A stretch of 41,169 nt of DNA from a virus (lineage: Duplodnaviria > Caudoviricetes). The position numbers and the translations under genes are program-made. The notes under the pieces are model-generated. The model was not told the DNA's origin. It saw only the letters and a program-made list of their open reading frames with translations, and ran no database searches. Each line of letters starts with the position of its first letter. Within the stretch, counting starts at the first letter, position 1. Location: IMG/VR virus record IMGVR_UViG_3300020045_006652, positions 1 through 41,169 of that record. One strand, written 5' to 3'. This document shows, in pieces, positions 7,983 to 17,155 of this stretch.

Positions 7983-8106
7983 GTCGAGGTGGCGGAATAT
8001 TGGTAGACGCAGCCTCCGTGCATGATTGTACTAACTTAATCAAGCAGGGGGGCTAAGGAACAAGGCGTATAAGCCCCTTATGTAGGTTCGATTCCTACCT
8101 TCGACA
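7983..8106 (+). ncRNA. tRNA-like RNA (Leu-type body, elongated anticodon arm)
   Basis: 7-bp acceptor GTCGAGG/CTTCGAC + A73; D-arm GCG-GAATATTGGTAGA-CGC; T-arm GTAGG-TTCGATT-CCTAC; non-canonical anticodon and variable arms. Confidence 0.75.
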
Positions 8107-8149
8107 CGCTGAGAATCACAGGGAAACCACAAAAAAAAGGTATTTTTAT

Positions 8150-8422
8150 ATGGCACATTGCTTCAATTACATTGTTAAATGCGTCTGTATAGACCACAAT
8201 GGCAAAGAAATAAGGACTGTTTCAATCAGGGCCAAAAATAAGCTTAGCCAATTCGACGCAATCGCAGGAACCGAGGATTACATTAAATCAAAGGATAGAA
8301 ACGTAATGAAAATCAGGCTCATAGAATGTATTCCTGATAATCTTGCCGCAGTCGGGCAGTCTATTCATGACTTCTTTTCAACAATGCAAGGCTTAAATTT
8401 CGATGGACGAGACAAAAGATAA
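8150..8422 (+). CDS. Hypothetical protein upstream of TerS
   Basis: 90 aa ORF overlapping the TerS start. Confidence 0.6.
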   Translation: MAHCFNYIVKCVCIDHNGKEIRTVSIRAKNKLSQFDAIAGTEDYIKSKDRNVMKIRLIECIPDNLAAVGQSIHDFFSTMQGLNFDGRDKR

Positions 8423-9032
8423 GAAACCAGGCGACGACCTAACAGAAAGCCAAAAGGCCTTCGTACGTGAGTGGATTGAGGACTTCAACGGTACTCGGGC
8501 TTACATGGCAGCTTACCCAGAATCATCAAAGGAATCAGCAAGATCATCGGCCGCTGACCTCCTAGCAAAACCTAATGTGCGTGCTTATGCAACATTGTTG
8601 CAAGAGAACCTAGCCGAAATAGCCGGTATAAGCCGTTTACGCATCGTTAAGGAGCATGAAAAGCTTGCCTTTAGTAGTATAGCACACCTGCATAATACGT
8701 GGATAGAACGCAAGGAATTCGACCAATTGAGCGATGCCGAAAAAGCCTGCATTGCGGAGATAAGCACCCAGACCAGGCGAGTATATGAGAAGAATGAGAA
8801 AGGAGACAAGGTACCGGTAGACATCGACTTCGTTAAAATAAAGCTTTACGACAAGCAAAAGAGCTTGGACAGCCTTTCTAAGTTGTTCGGGTACGATGCA
8901 GCTAAGAAGGTAGACATCACGACATTAGGCAAGCCTATAGAATCAGCACCACCGATAAATGTATACACCAACGGCGCTCCTCCATTATCAGGATCAGAGG
9001 ACGAAATTGAAAAATCCATAGAAAAGAAGTAG
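8403..9032 (+). CDS. terS: Terminase small subunit
   Basis: LTESQKAFVREWIEDFNGTRAYMAAY..SAADLLAKPNV and KIKLYDKQKSLDSLSKLFG motifs; upstream of TerL. Confidence 0.9.
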   Translation: MDETKDKKPGDDLTESQKAFVREWIEDFNGTRAYMAAYPESSKESARSSAADLLAKPNVRAYATLLQENLAEIAGISRLRIVKEHEKLAFSSIAHLHNTWIERKEFDQLSDAEKACIAEISTQTRRVYEKNEKGDKVPVDIDFVKIKLYDKQKSLDSLSKLFGYDAAKKVDITTLGKPIESAPPINVYTNGAPPLSGSEDEIEKSIEKK

Positions 9033-9091
9033 TTTTATTGAAACGAGGCAAATTTGCCCGGCGATCAGATTGCAAATTTCATAATAAAAGC

Positions 9092-10273
9092 ATGTTTTCA
9101 AGGGGTTGCTCACCTGTTTTCTACGCAAATCATCAAGCCACAGAGGACATTATAATTAATCAGGGTGGTACAGACTCGACCAAGACATACAGCATTCTTC
9201 AACTTCTGATCGTAATTGCCAGCACTACAAAGGCACCTGTATCAGATCCAATAATAACCGTACTTTCTGAAAGTGTACCAAACTCAAAGAAAGGCGCTTA
9301 TCGTACTTTTCAATCAATACTTCAAACATCACCATACGCAGAGAACCAGATAAAAAACTGGAATGTTACAGACCGAACCATAATTTTTAAAACAGGGTGG
9401 ATTTTAGAGTTTGTTGGCGCTACTGATGAGCAGAATGCAAAACAGGGAAAGCGCCAATACCTTTTTGTAAATGAGGCCAACGGTGTGGCATGGCCTATTT
9501 TCTGGCAGATGGCCAAGCGTACCAGGATACGCACATTCATTGACTACAACCCTACAGCGCCTTTTTGGGTACACGAAAAACTTATAGGAACAACACCATC
9601 CAATAACGACCTATCTGCCACAGTTAAGCTTCTGATCAGCGACCACCGCCATAATCCATTCCTTTCACAGAAAGAACATGATAAAACTGAGGGTATAAAA
9701 GATCCTGAATTGTGGCGTGTGTATGCTCGAGGATTAACCGGCAATCTTTCTGGCCTGATATATCCAAATTGGAGGACTATTCCGGATAAAGACTTCCCGT
9801 GGGATGAGCCAAGGTTCGGCGGGCTTGATTTCGGGTATACTAATGATCCAACCGCAGGAGGTAGATTCGCACGCATCGCTGACACTATATTCGTGCATGA
9901 GCTTTGCTACACACCAGGGTTAACGGCTCGTCAACTTTATGCGCTTTACTCAGGACAAGGGTTTACGCCAGATGATCCAGTATACTGTGAACACGACGGG
10001 GCAATGATTCGTGAGTTGCGCATGCTTGGTATACTGGCATTGCCTGCAAAAAAAGGACCAAATAGCATCGCTCCGGGTATTTCTAAGGTTAAGGAGTACA
10101 ACGTAGTGTATACCGAATCATCTAAAAATATTCACATGGAGCGAGGTAAGTACATGTGGGTTAAAGACCCATTAAATGGAAAATTCACCAATATTCCAAC
10201 AGAAGTTGATAACCACCACATGGATGAAATCAGGTATGCAATATCGAGTCATTTCTATCGTTCACCAGTGTAA
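9092..10273 (+). CDS. terL: Terminase large subunit (PBSX/SPP1-like)
   Basis: Walker A-like QGGTDSTKT, Walker B YLFVNEA, DYNP, nuclease GLDFGYTNDPTA and NHHMDEIRY; start moved to ATG 9092. Confidence 0.92.
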   Translation: MFSRGCSPVFYANHQATEDIIINQGGTDSTKTYSILQLLIVIASTTKAPVSDPIITVLSESVPNSKKGAYRTFQSILQTSPYAENQIKNWNVTDRTIIFKTGWILEFVGATDEQNAKQGKRQYLFVNEANGVAWPIFWQMAKRTRIRTFIDYNPTAPFWVHEKLIGTTPSNNDLSATVKLLISDHRHNPFLSQKEHDKTEGIKDPELWRVYARGLTGNLSGLIYPNWRTIPDKDFPWDEPRFGGLDFGYTNDPTAGGRFARIADTIFVHELCYTPGLTARQLYALYSGQGFTPDDPVYCEHDGAMIRELRMLGILALPAKKGPNSIAPGISKVKEYNVVYTESSKNIHMERGKYMWVKDPLNGKFTNIPTEVDNHHMDEIRYAISSHFYRSPV

Positions 10274-10328
10274 TTTTGAAACGTTGTTTATTTTTCGGTA
10301 ATTCATGGCAAAATTAAAAAGGTAATTG

Positions 10329-10454
10329 ATGCAGATATTTTTTGCTGTGTTCCTCGGATACCTTGCCGCACGTGTTACGGAGTGGCTTATAATCGCAGTC
10401 TTCAGACATTACATTATTCCATTCAACGAGTGGTTAAGGAGGGGTAAAAAATGA
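10329..10454 (+). CDS. Small hydrophobic protein (41 aa, not in ORF track)
   Basis: MQIFFAVFLGYLAARVTEWLIIAVFRHYIIPFNEWLRRGKK; stop overlaps the portal ATG (ATGA). Confidence 0.55.
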   Translation: MQIFFAVFLGYLAARVTEWLIIAVFRHYIIPFNEWLRRGKK

Positions 10455-11845
10455 GCAGCTTCATGAATACCCTTTTTGGGACTATCGCCGGACCAGGTTT
10501 TTCAATGAGCCCAAGCGTTGACTTTATCCCTAAAAATGGCAGTGGTCAAACCATAGATGTATCTGGTAAAGATGCGCAGTGGTGGGGATTAAAATCCCGT
10601 GATATGCAAAGGAAGGCGTATGAGCTTTGCTACCCTGTTGCATCTGTTATAGATCGCCTGGCAGAATATGACATTACCGGCATTATTGAAATTTTACGCG
10701 CAAAAGGTAAGGGAAAGAATGACTTCGCTACAAACGAATGGTCTCAACGAATGACTAAACTTCTTTCGCAGCCAAACCCATTACAAACTTGGGAGCAATT
10801 CAGAGGTGAGCAGGTTGTATATAAAAAAACATTCGGGTTTTGTCCGGTACTGCCTTTTGTACCTGCAGGTATGAGTCCTGAAAATGCTATTTCAATGGTC
10901 AATCTTCCACCGTGGTGCATTACGCCGGAACCAACCAATAAAATTGCATTCACATCAAAGATTTCTGATCGCGTTAAGAAGTGGAAGTTTACAGTACTTG
11001 GAGAGTCATTCGAATTAGCTCCTGATCAGCTTATAATCCTTGAGGATTCGTTCTTCATGGACTATGAAAACGGATTACTGTTACCACAATCCAGGCTTAT
11101 AGGTCTGGATATGGCTATATCCAATCTGTGCGCTGCAATGGAGGCTGATAACGTACTGCTACGTAAAAAGGGGCCACTCGGATTCATAACACACGATGCA
11201 GCGGCAACAAAGGATAGCGTCGCAGGGTACATACCGATGACACAAGCGGAGAAGGATGAACTACAAAATGCACTTACACAATACGGACTTACTTTAACGC
11301 AATATCAATACGTAATTTCAAGACAAGCCGCAAAGTGGAATCCGATGAGCTTCAATGTGGCTGAGCTCGGAACAAAGGAAACAATCATCGCCAGTGAGAA
11401 GGCAATTTGTCATCGATACGGATTCCCGTACGTTCTTTATGAAGAAGTAGACGCTACATTTGCTAACAGTAACGTAGCAGCAAAGGCAGTTTACCAGAAC
11501 AACATCATACCGAACAATACTAAGGACTTAAATAAATACAACAAGTTCTTTAAAGCTGAAGAAAACCAATGCATAATCGTTAACAACTTCTCTAATATTG
11601 CAGCTTTGCAAGAGGATGAGAAATATAAAGCAGAGGCGGCTAAGGCATGGGATGAGGCATTTCTTGTTGAGTATGACAACAACCTGATAACCAAAAACCA
11701 ATGGCTTGAAGCAAGAGGATATGACAAGATCGCCGATGGTGATAAATATAAAAAGGATGAAGTAACGACGACGCAACCCCAGACACAACCCCAGACACCA
11801 AAAGATGAAAACAGTCCACCCGAAAATACAGCAACTCAAGCTTAG
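10451..11845 (+). CDS. Portal protein
   Basis: LLSQPNPLQTWEQF, AICHRYGFP, ATFANSN, LITKNQW motifs; between TerL and protease. Confidence 0.88.
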   Translation: MSSFMNTLFGTIAGPGFSMSPSVDFIPKNGSGQTIDVSGKDAQWWGLKSRDMQRKAYELCYPVASVIDRLAEYDITGIIEILRAKGKGKNDFATNEWSQRMTKLLSQPNPLQTWEQFRGEQVVYKKTFGFCPVLPFVPAGMSPENAISMVNLPPWCITPEPTNKIAFTSKISDRVKKWKFTVLGESFELAPDQLIILEDSFFMDYENGLLLPQSRLIGLDMAISNLCAAMEADNVLLRKKGPLGFITHDAAATKDSVAGYIPMTQAEKDELQNALTQYGLTLTQYQYVISRQAAKWNPMSFNVAELGTKETIIASEKAICHRYGFPYVLYEEVDATFANSNVAAKAVYQNNIIPNNTKDLNKYNKFFKAEENQCIIVNNFSNIAALQEDEKYKAEAAKAWDEAFLVEYDNNLITKNQWLEARGYDKIADGDKYKKDEVTTTQPQTQPQTPKDENSPPENTATQA

Positions 11846-12587
11846 AAGTCTTCCGGTAAACTACCGTGAGGCTATCATGCAGAGTAATTATCCGCAAAAT
11901 GTAAAGGCATTGCGTGATCAGTACGAAATTGCTGAAAACCAGAATATTTTTTATTTCTGCATCTGGGGTGTTCGTGATTCATACGGAACTTCTTGGGTAA
12001 AGGGATGCTTTTCAAAATCCATCCGTGAGCGCGGACCAAATAGCCAGGCAAACCAAAAGATTGTAGCCTGCTGGCAGCACGACATATGCGACCCTATCGG
12101 CAGACCATTGCAGATCGTAGAGGATGAAATCGGAGCGTACGCACTTGTTGAATGGGATGACCCAGATGCGGTGCCTAATGCAAAAAGGGCTATGTCTCAG
12201 ATCAGATCAGGAACTTTGAATGGATATTCATTCGGTTTCGACTACATTTGGGATAAAATGGAGTACGATGAAGAGCGTGACGTAATCCTGATTCGGGAGG
12301 TTGACTTGTTTGAGGTTAGCCCGGTTACGTTCGCGAGCATCGAAGAGACATTTACAGTCCGATCAAAAGAGGACTTTGAAACAAAAAAAATGATCTTGGA
12401 TGAGGACATGAAGGAATTCATAAAGTCTCTTCCGAGAGGAAAACAAATGGAATTACGGCAACTATTTCACAGACTTACAGCACTCAACAAAACACAGCCG
12501 GACGATAGTCGTTCACTGGAAAAAGGAGAGCCGCAGAATGGAGTTTTAGACGTTGCAGGTTTTAAAATAAATCTAAAACAACTTTAA
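11805..12587 (+). CDS. HK97-family prohead protease
   Basis: DSYG..KGCFSKSI, WQHD..PIG, GYSFGF, LFEVSPVTFAS. Confidence 0.9.
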   Translation: MKTVHPKIQQLKLRSLPVNYREAIMQSNYPQNVKALRDQYEIAENQNIFYFCIWGVRDSYGTSWVKGCFSKSIRERGPNSQANQKIVACWQHDICDPIGRPLQIVEDEIGAYALVEWDDPDAVPNAKRAMSQIRSGTLNGYSFGFDYIWDKMEYDEERDVILIREVDLFEVSPVTFASIEETFTVRSKEDFETKKMILDEDMKEFIKSLPRGKQMELRQLFHRLTALNKTQPDDSRSLEKGEPQNGVLDVAGFKINLKQL

Positions 12588-12591
12588 CAAA

Positions 12592-13887
12592 ATGAAAATC
12601 GAATTTGACAAAACAGGTCTATCCGGCGATGAACTCGCTTTGATGGAGAAGCTTGAAAAAAGATTCAAATCTCTCCCTGATGCACCAGGTGAAACCGAAA
12701 TTGCAAAGGCTGTACGCGCTTCCCTTAAGGGACTCATCAATGATGACGGAACGCTGGCAATAGATGTTGCTAAAATCAAAGAAGCCCTAGGTGATGATGA
12801 TAAAGGGATTCGCGCAATGATTACAGCTATGGGCGGCGAAATCACAAAGCTGAAATCATCGCCTGAAGGTGATGAAGATCTTTCTATAAGAGCGCAGGTA
12901 GCTGCCTGGCAGAAAAGAAACAAGGACATCGTAGCGAAAATCAAATCAGGTCAAAGTTCAGCTTTGAATGATCTTGAGCCTTTCGTTATTCGTGCCGCAA
13001 ACTCACCGATGACACCTGCTAATACATACTCTGATACTGTGAGTATGAGCGCAGGATCAGTTATCCGTATGGGTGGCGAGGTATTCGATCTGCATCGCGT
13101 TCAGCCTACATTCTGGGACTATATTCCAAAAGGCAGAACATCACTCGAGAACTATCCATGGGTAAACAAGAAAGTGCCAGCCAACTCAGGCGCAGCGGCA
13201 TTCATTGGTCCCGGTGTGGCAAAACCTGGGGTGTCGTTTACTTTCGAAGTTGAGAACTCAAACGCGAAGAAAGTTGCGGTGTCCATGAAAATGGCGACTG
13301 AGCTACTTGATGACATCGACGGTATGACTTCATACGTTCAGGCTGAATTGGCCTATCAGTTGAAGATCAAAGTTAATTCAACTTTGATGACAGGCGTACT
13401 TTCATCTACTGTTCCTGCTGGTGTTCAGACTTTCTCACAGCCATTCTCTACATCAGGATTGGCAACACAGAATCCGAATAACTGGGACGTTGCACGTTCA
13501 CTTGTTGCTCAGCATCGCGCAGCATTCATCGACGGACAGATCGTGATCTTCATGAATCCGATCGATACCGCGAACATGGATATGGCCAAAGCCGTAAGCC
13601 AAGGAACATACATGGGTCTTAACGTTCGTCAAGTGCCAGGCGCCCTCATCGTTGAGGATTATAACATTCCTGTAGGATATGTTCAGTCTATCGCACTGAG
13701 CGCATTGAAAGTACTCATCTACAAAGATTTCGTAATGAAGTGGGGATGGGAGAATGACGACTTCACAAAAAACCTCATAACAGCTATCGCTGAAATGAGA
13801 CTCCACGCGTTCCACAGCGAGAACGATGCGCAAGCATTCATATACGACGACATCGCTGACATCAAATCACAAATCGCAATCCCTTAA
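12592..13887 (+). CDS. Major capsid protein (HK97 fold, N-terminal delta-like domain)
   Basis: AAFIGPGVAKP, KKVAVSMKMATELLDD, DDFTKNLITAIAEMR. Confidence 0.9.
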   Translation: MKIEFDKTGLSGDELALMEKLEKRFKSLPDAPGETEIAKAVRASLKGLINDDGTLAIDVAKIKEALGDDDKGIRAMITAMGGEITKLKSSPEGDEDLSIRAQVAAWQKRNKDIVAKIKSGQSSALNDLEPFVIRAANSPMTPANTYSDTVSMSAGSVIRMGGEVFDLHRVQPTFWDYIPKGRTSLENYPWVNKKVPANSGAAAFIGPGVAKPGVSFTFEVENSNAKKVAVSMKMATELLDDIDGMTSYVQAELAYQLKIKVNSTLMTGVLSSTVPAGVQTFSQPFSTSGLATQNPNNWDVARSLVAQHRAAFIDGQIVIFMNPIDTANMDMAKAVSQGTYMGLNVRQVPGALIVEDYNIPVGYVQSIALSALKVLIYKDFVMKWGWENDDFTKNLITAIAEMRLHAFHSENDAQAFIYDDIADIKSQIAIP

Positions 13888-14118
13888 ATGATTATGGCTG
13901 ACGAAAAAGAAGAAACAAAAAAATCTACTGCTCCTAAAAAGGAATCTGAAAAGGAGTTCGTAGTAAGTAAGGACGCCGCAGTAAACTTTACTGTTACCGT
14001 GGTATCAACGGATAAAGACCCTTACCACAAAACAGGATCAGAATGGCATTGCGGTGACAAAAAAGCTGAAGATCTTGAGGCCGCAGGATGGGTAACCATT
14101 AAAGACAAGAAGAAATGA
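13888..14118 (+). CDS. Small head-associated protein
   Basis: Follows the capsid gene; AEDLEAAGWV C-terminus. Confidence 0.6.
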   Translation: MIMADEKEETKKSTAPKKESEKEFVVSKDAAVNFTVTVVSTDKDPYHKTGSEWHCGDKKAEDLEAAGWVTIKDKKK

Positions 14119-14549
14119 GAAAGTTCATCTTTTTATTTGCTGCATTGGTAGCCTTTGCAGCAACGGAAAGCAAGGCTCAGGTTTACAGTTTGCTTAGTCC
14201 TTACTCAATCGCAAGCGACACGGTAAGCAACTCGGGTACTGCTTTTCTTTCAACTGTTGCCATTAGCCCGGCGCCAGCAACAACTACAACTATATGGGTT
14301 GGAGTGACGAAGATCAGCGGAACTGTAGGCGGTACTATCACGCTTCAGGGTAGCATCGATGGAACTAACTGGAAAGCCCTTAATACGGTAGGAACTCAAA
14401 CTGCATTGGCTACTATTACGGCCACTGACGCGAGCAATACCTATCATTGGATTCTTCAGGGTAGCCCAATGCCTTATTACCGTGTTACATGGACTGGAAC
14501 CGGCACAATGTCGGCAAGCTTTACAGCAAAATTATTTAGAGCAAAATGA
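14115..14549 (+). CDS. Beta-sandwich decoration/spike-base-like protein with Sec signal peptide
   Basis: MRKFIFLFAALVAFAATESKA-Q signal; TITLQGSIDGTNW and PYYRV motifs. Confidence 0.6.
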   Translation: MRKFIFLFAALVAFAATESKAQVYSLLSPYSIASDTVSNSGTAFLSTVAISPAPATTTTIWVGVTKISGTVGGTITLQGSIDGTNWKALNTVGTQTALATITATDASNTYHWILQGSPMPYYRVTWTGTGTMSASFTAKLFRAK

Positions 14550-15241
14550 GATTTGTAACGGCCCAAGACTTTAGCCAGACTGATTTTAACATTCCAAATC
14601 TGGACAATGTTATTAACAGCTTCGACCCTTTCGTTATCAAACGAGAGAAAAAGATCCTGGTTAAATTATTGGGCCGTCAACTCTATAATGCTTTTGTGAG
14701 TGGATTGGATGCACTCCCGGCAGAATGGTCTTCAACCGCAAACTATACACTTGGACAACAGGTAGTCTACGGTAACGACATCTGGGAGGCGTTGCAAAAT
14801 AACACAGATATTGTTCCTATTGAGGGTGATGATTGGACTCTGGAAGAATCTGGGAACAGATGGCTGAATCTAAAAAACGGCGCAGATTACATCTATGACG
14901 CAAGAACATACCAATGGGAAGGCATGAAGGAAATGCTTGTACCGTATGTTTTTTCTGAGTGGATCGGCGCAGATTACCCTAGCAATACCGGTATAGGATT
15001 CGTAACACCAAATTCAGAGAACAGTACAACGCATTCACCGGCAAGTAGAATAGTTATAGCGTGGCGTGAGTTCCTTCAGATGGTAGGCGACCATTGCGAT
15101 GTTTACGATACGCTTTACGGCTTCCTCTATACATCAGGAACAGTTTACGCCGACGTGTACGAATCTGAATACAGCGACTTTCAATCATACCTGTTTGATA
15201 AGTTCGAATATCCTGGTTCCAAAAACCTGTTTGATATATGA
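14546..15241 (+). CDS. Putative head-tail adaptor with inserted CBM5/12-like module
   Basis: Position; KKILVKLLGRQLY helix; WSSTANYTLGQQVVYGNDIWEA..P....W insert. Confidence 0.6.
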   Translation: MRFVTAQDFSQTDFNIPNLDNVINSFDPFVIKREKKILVKLLGRQLYNAFVSGLDALPAEWSSTANYTLGQQVVYGNDIWEALQNNTDIVPIEGDDWTLEESGNRWLNLKNGADYIYDARTYQWEGMKEMLVPYVFSEWIGADYPSNTGIGFVTPNSENSTTHSPASRIVIAWREFLQMVGDHCDVYDTLYGFLYTSGTVYADVYESEYSDFQSYLFDKFEYPGSKNLFDI

Positions 15242-15831
15242 GAACTTACATTGTAGACGACATCAGAACAATAGTCGAATCGATACGCGCAAAGAACGCT
15301 ATCGCATACGGCAACGGTGAGAATGACGTCATACTTTACGGAGGCTCATTGAGCGATCAGATTGAGTACAATGAAGAGACGCTTCCACCGTACTACATGC
15401 ATGGGCACAGGCTTGAGATTGCCAACAAGTTATTGGAGCATGATAAGGATATGGTAAGAAAGTTTCAAAAGTATCCATTGATAGCATTACGCCAGGACAT
15501 CAGCGAAGGCGTGAAGGACTACAATGAGTACAAACTGAACATCATCATTGTCACTTATACTGATCCGAAACTGAAGGCAGAACAGCGATATGAAAGTGAC
15601 AGACCTTTTAAGTCGGTCCTATATCCATTGTATGAAGAATTCATGGATGCGCTGGTAAACTCAGGATTATTCACATGGCCAGGTAACCAGGATTATCCAC
15701 CACACACGAAGATTGACCGCCCTTACTGGGGTACACCTGCGAGTGAGAAAAATGAAAAGAGTATTTTCTTTGACCCGCTCGACGCAATTGAAATTATTGA
15801 TTTACAAATTAACAGAATGAAAACCTGCTAA
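15238..15831 (+). CDS. Putative tail terminator/neck protein
   Basis: Position before the tail tube gene; KYPLIAL, VLYPLYEEF, DPLDAIEI. Confidence 0.55.
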   Translation: MRTYIVDDIRTIVESIRAKNAIAYGNGENDVILYGGSLSDQIEYNEETLPPYYMHGHRLEIANKLLEHDKDMVRKFQKYPLIALRQDISEGVKDYNEYKLNIIIVTYTDPKLKAEQRYESDRPFKSVLYPLYEEFMDALVNSGLFTWPGNQDYPPHTKIDRPYWGTPASEKNEKSIFFDPLDAIEIIDLQINRMKTC

Positions 15832-15836
15832 AAAAT

Positions 15837-16715
15837 ATGGCAAACGAATGTGTTGACGAAAGAAAAAACCTGAGCGAAAGCAACTGTAATGACTTGCCTG
15901 AGCTCTTAAAATCCATGATCGAGACGAACAACGATTTCGTACTTGAGCCTGCGGATTATGCGGATGAGGCTGCCCTTGCTGAAGCTCTTCAGGACGCTAT
16001 CAAAAATGGCAAGGCTACCAGAATTTATAAGTGGCCAAACTTTGTAACGGTTGAGGATATTTCAAAAGAACCGGCATATGAGGACACACCACTGGCGTAC
16101 CTTGCGGCCGATGACGGGCAGTATCGATACCGTGTGAGCATCAGCAAATCACTTTGCATGCACAAAGCGACATTCACGCACAAGCGTAACACTGGCCGCC
16201 TGATCCTGATCGACAAAAAGAACAGACTTTTCGGAACAAAAGATTCTTCTGGGAACTTCAAAGGTTTCAAGATTCAGCTTTTGAACCCTGAAAACCTGAA
16301 ACTTTCTGACGGTACAGTATCAACAAAATCCCCTATTGTTATCGCCCTGGAAGATCCGAACGAAGTAAACCAGAACGGCGCGCTGATCAATGCAAGCTCA
16401 GTCATCAGCAACCTGGTTCCCCTGGCTGATGTTGATATTACCGTGGTGAGCGCTACATCCTCGCTAATCGTAGTTGATGTAAAGGCTACTTGCGATGGTA
16501 CAGGTATCGAAGGATTGGTGACTGCTGATTTCCAGGTAACTGAAAATGACGGTGACCCTCAGACTGTGACAGCGACGGCGGTAGCTGGCGTTTCTGGTCG
16601 TTACAACCTGGCCGGCACTTCACTGGTTGACGGTTTTGTGGATCTCGACCCCCCTGCAACCCTTTCAATTGACGCCTATGAGTCTACTGGTCCTGCAGTC
16701 GTAAACGTGCCATAA
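15837..16715 (+). CDS. Major tail (tube) protein with C-terminal Ig-like domain
   Basis: Position, size, beta-rich C-terminal extension. Confidence 0.65.
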   Translation: MANECVDERKNLSESNCNDLPELLKSMIETNNDFVLEPADYADEAALAEALQDAIKNGKATRIYKWPNFVTVEDISKEPAYEDTPLAYLAADDGQYRYRVSISKSLCMHKATFTHKRNTGRLILIDKKNRLFGTKDSSGNFKGFKIQLLNPENLKLSDGTVSTKSPIVIALEDPNEVNQNGALINASSVISNLVPLADVDITVVSATSSLIVVDVKATCDGTGIEGLVTADFQVTENDGDPQTVTATAVAGVSGRYNLAGTSLVDGFVDLDPPATLSIDAYESTGPAVVNVP

Positions 16716-17155
16716 TGGAAGTACAAGAGTATGTCAATCACTTGAAGCGGATAACTCCGGAACTTCTTGAGGTTGGCATACTTGCCATTATACGCAAGCA
16801 CGAAGCGCGTGCGATAGATCTTAATCTCATGCAGCTTGATGATGGCATGACGCCATTCGGTACGCGCATAGAGCCACTTTACAGCGCTCTTACGGTGATC
16901 ATAAAACGCGGTAAAGGTCAACCTTCTGATCGTGTAACACTCAAAGATGACGGCGATTTTCATAACTCTTTCTACCTGGAAGCAGACCAGTTTCCGGTGA
17001 TATTCAATGCACGCGATATTAAGACAGGTCTTTTATCTGAAAAGTATGGTGAAGAAAATATTTTCGGGCTTTCTCGAGAGAGTCTTGATATTTTTTTGGA
17101 GGAAATCAAAGAAGACGTTATCGAATTCATCGCCACGCTTCTATTGCTACGATGA
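16715..17155 (+). CDS. Putative neck/tail completion protein
   Basis: YSALTV.IKRGKGQPSDRVTLKDDGDFHNSF, virion-morphogenesis-type motif. Confidence 0.6.
   Translation: MEVQEYVNHLKRITPELLEVGILAIIRKHEARAIDLNLMQLDDGMTPFGTRIEPLYSALTVIIKRGKGQPSDRVTLKDDGDFHNSFYLEADQFPVIFNARDIKTGLLSEKYGEENIFGLSRESLDIFLEEIKEDVIEFIATLLLLR

Noticed and set aside
8028-8038. CTA or TAA in the tRNA-like apical loop as amber suppressor or Leu anticodon, implying genetic-code recoding
   Set aside because: The loop is 8 nt without U33 before either triplet and sits on an over-long stem; long genes are intact in code 11 and TAG ends terS, portal and others
8107-8149. Theta (HDV-like) ribozyme downstream of the tRNA-like RNA
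   Set aside because: Only about 43 nt of A-rich sequence with no P1/P2/P3 pairing
9161-9187. Non-canonical TerL Walker A (GGTDSTKT) as a sign of inactivation
   Set aside because: Lys-Thr, Walker B and nuclease acidic residues are retained; this loop varies among PBSX-type terminases
11766-11800. Short repeat at the portal 3' end
   Set aside because: Simply encodes a TQPQTQPQTP disordered tail
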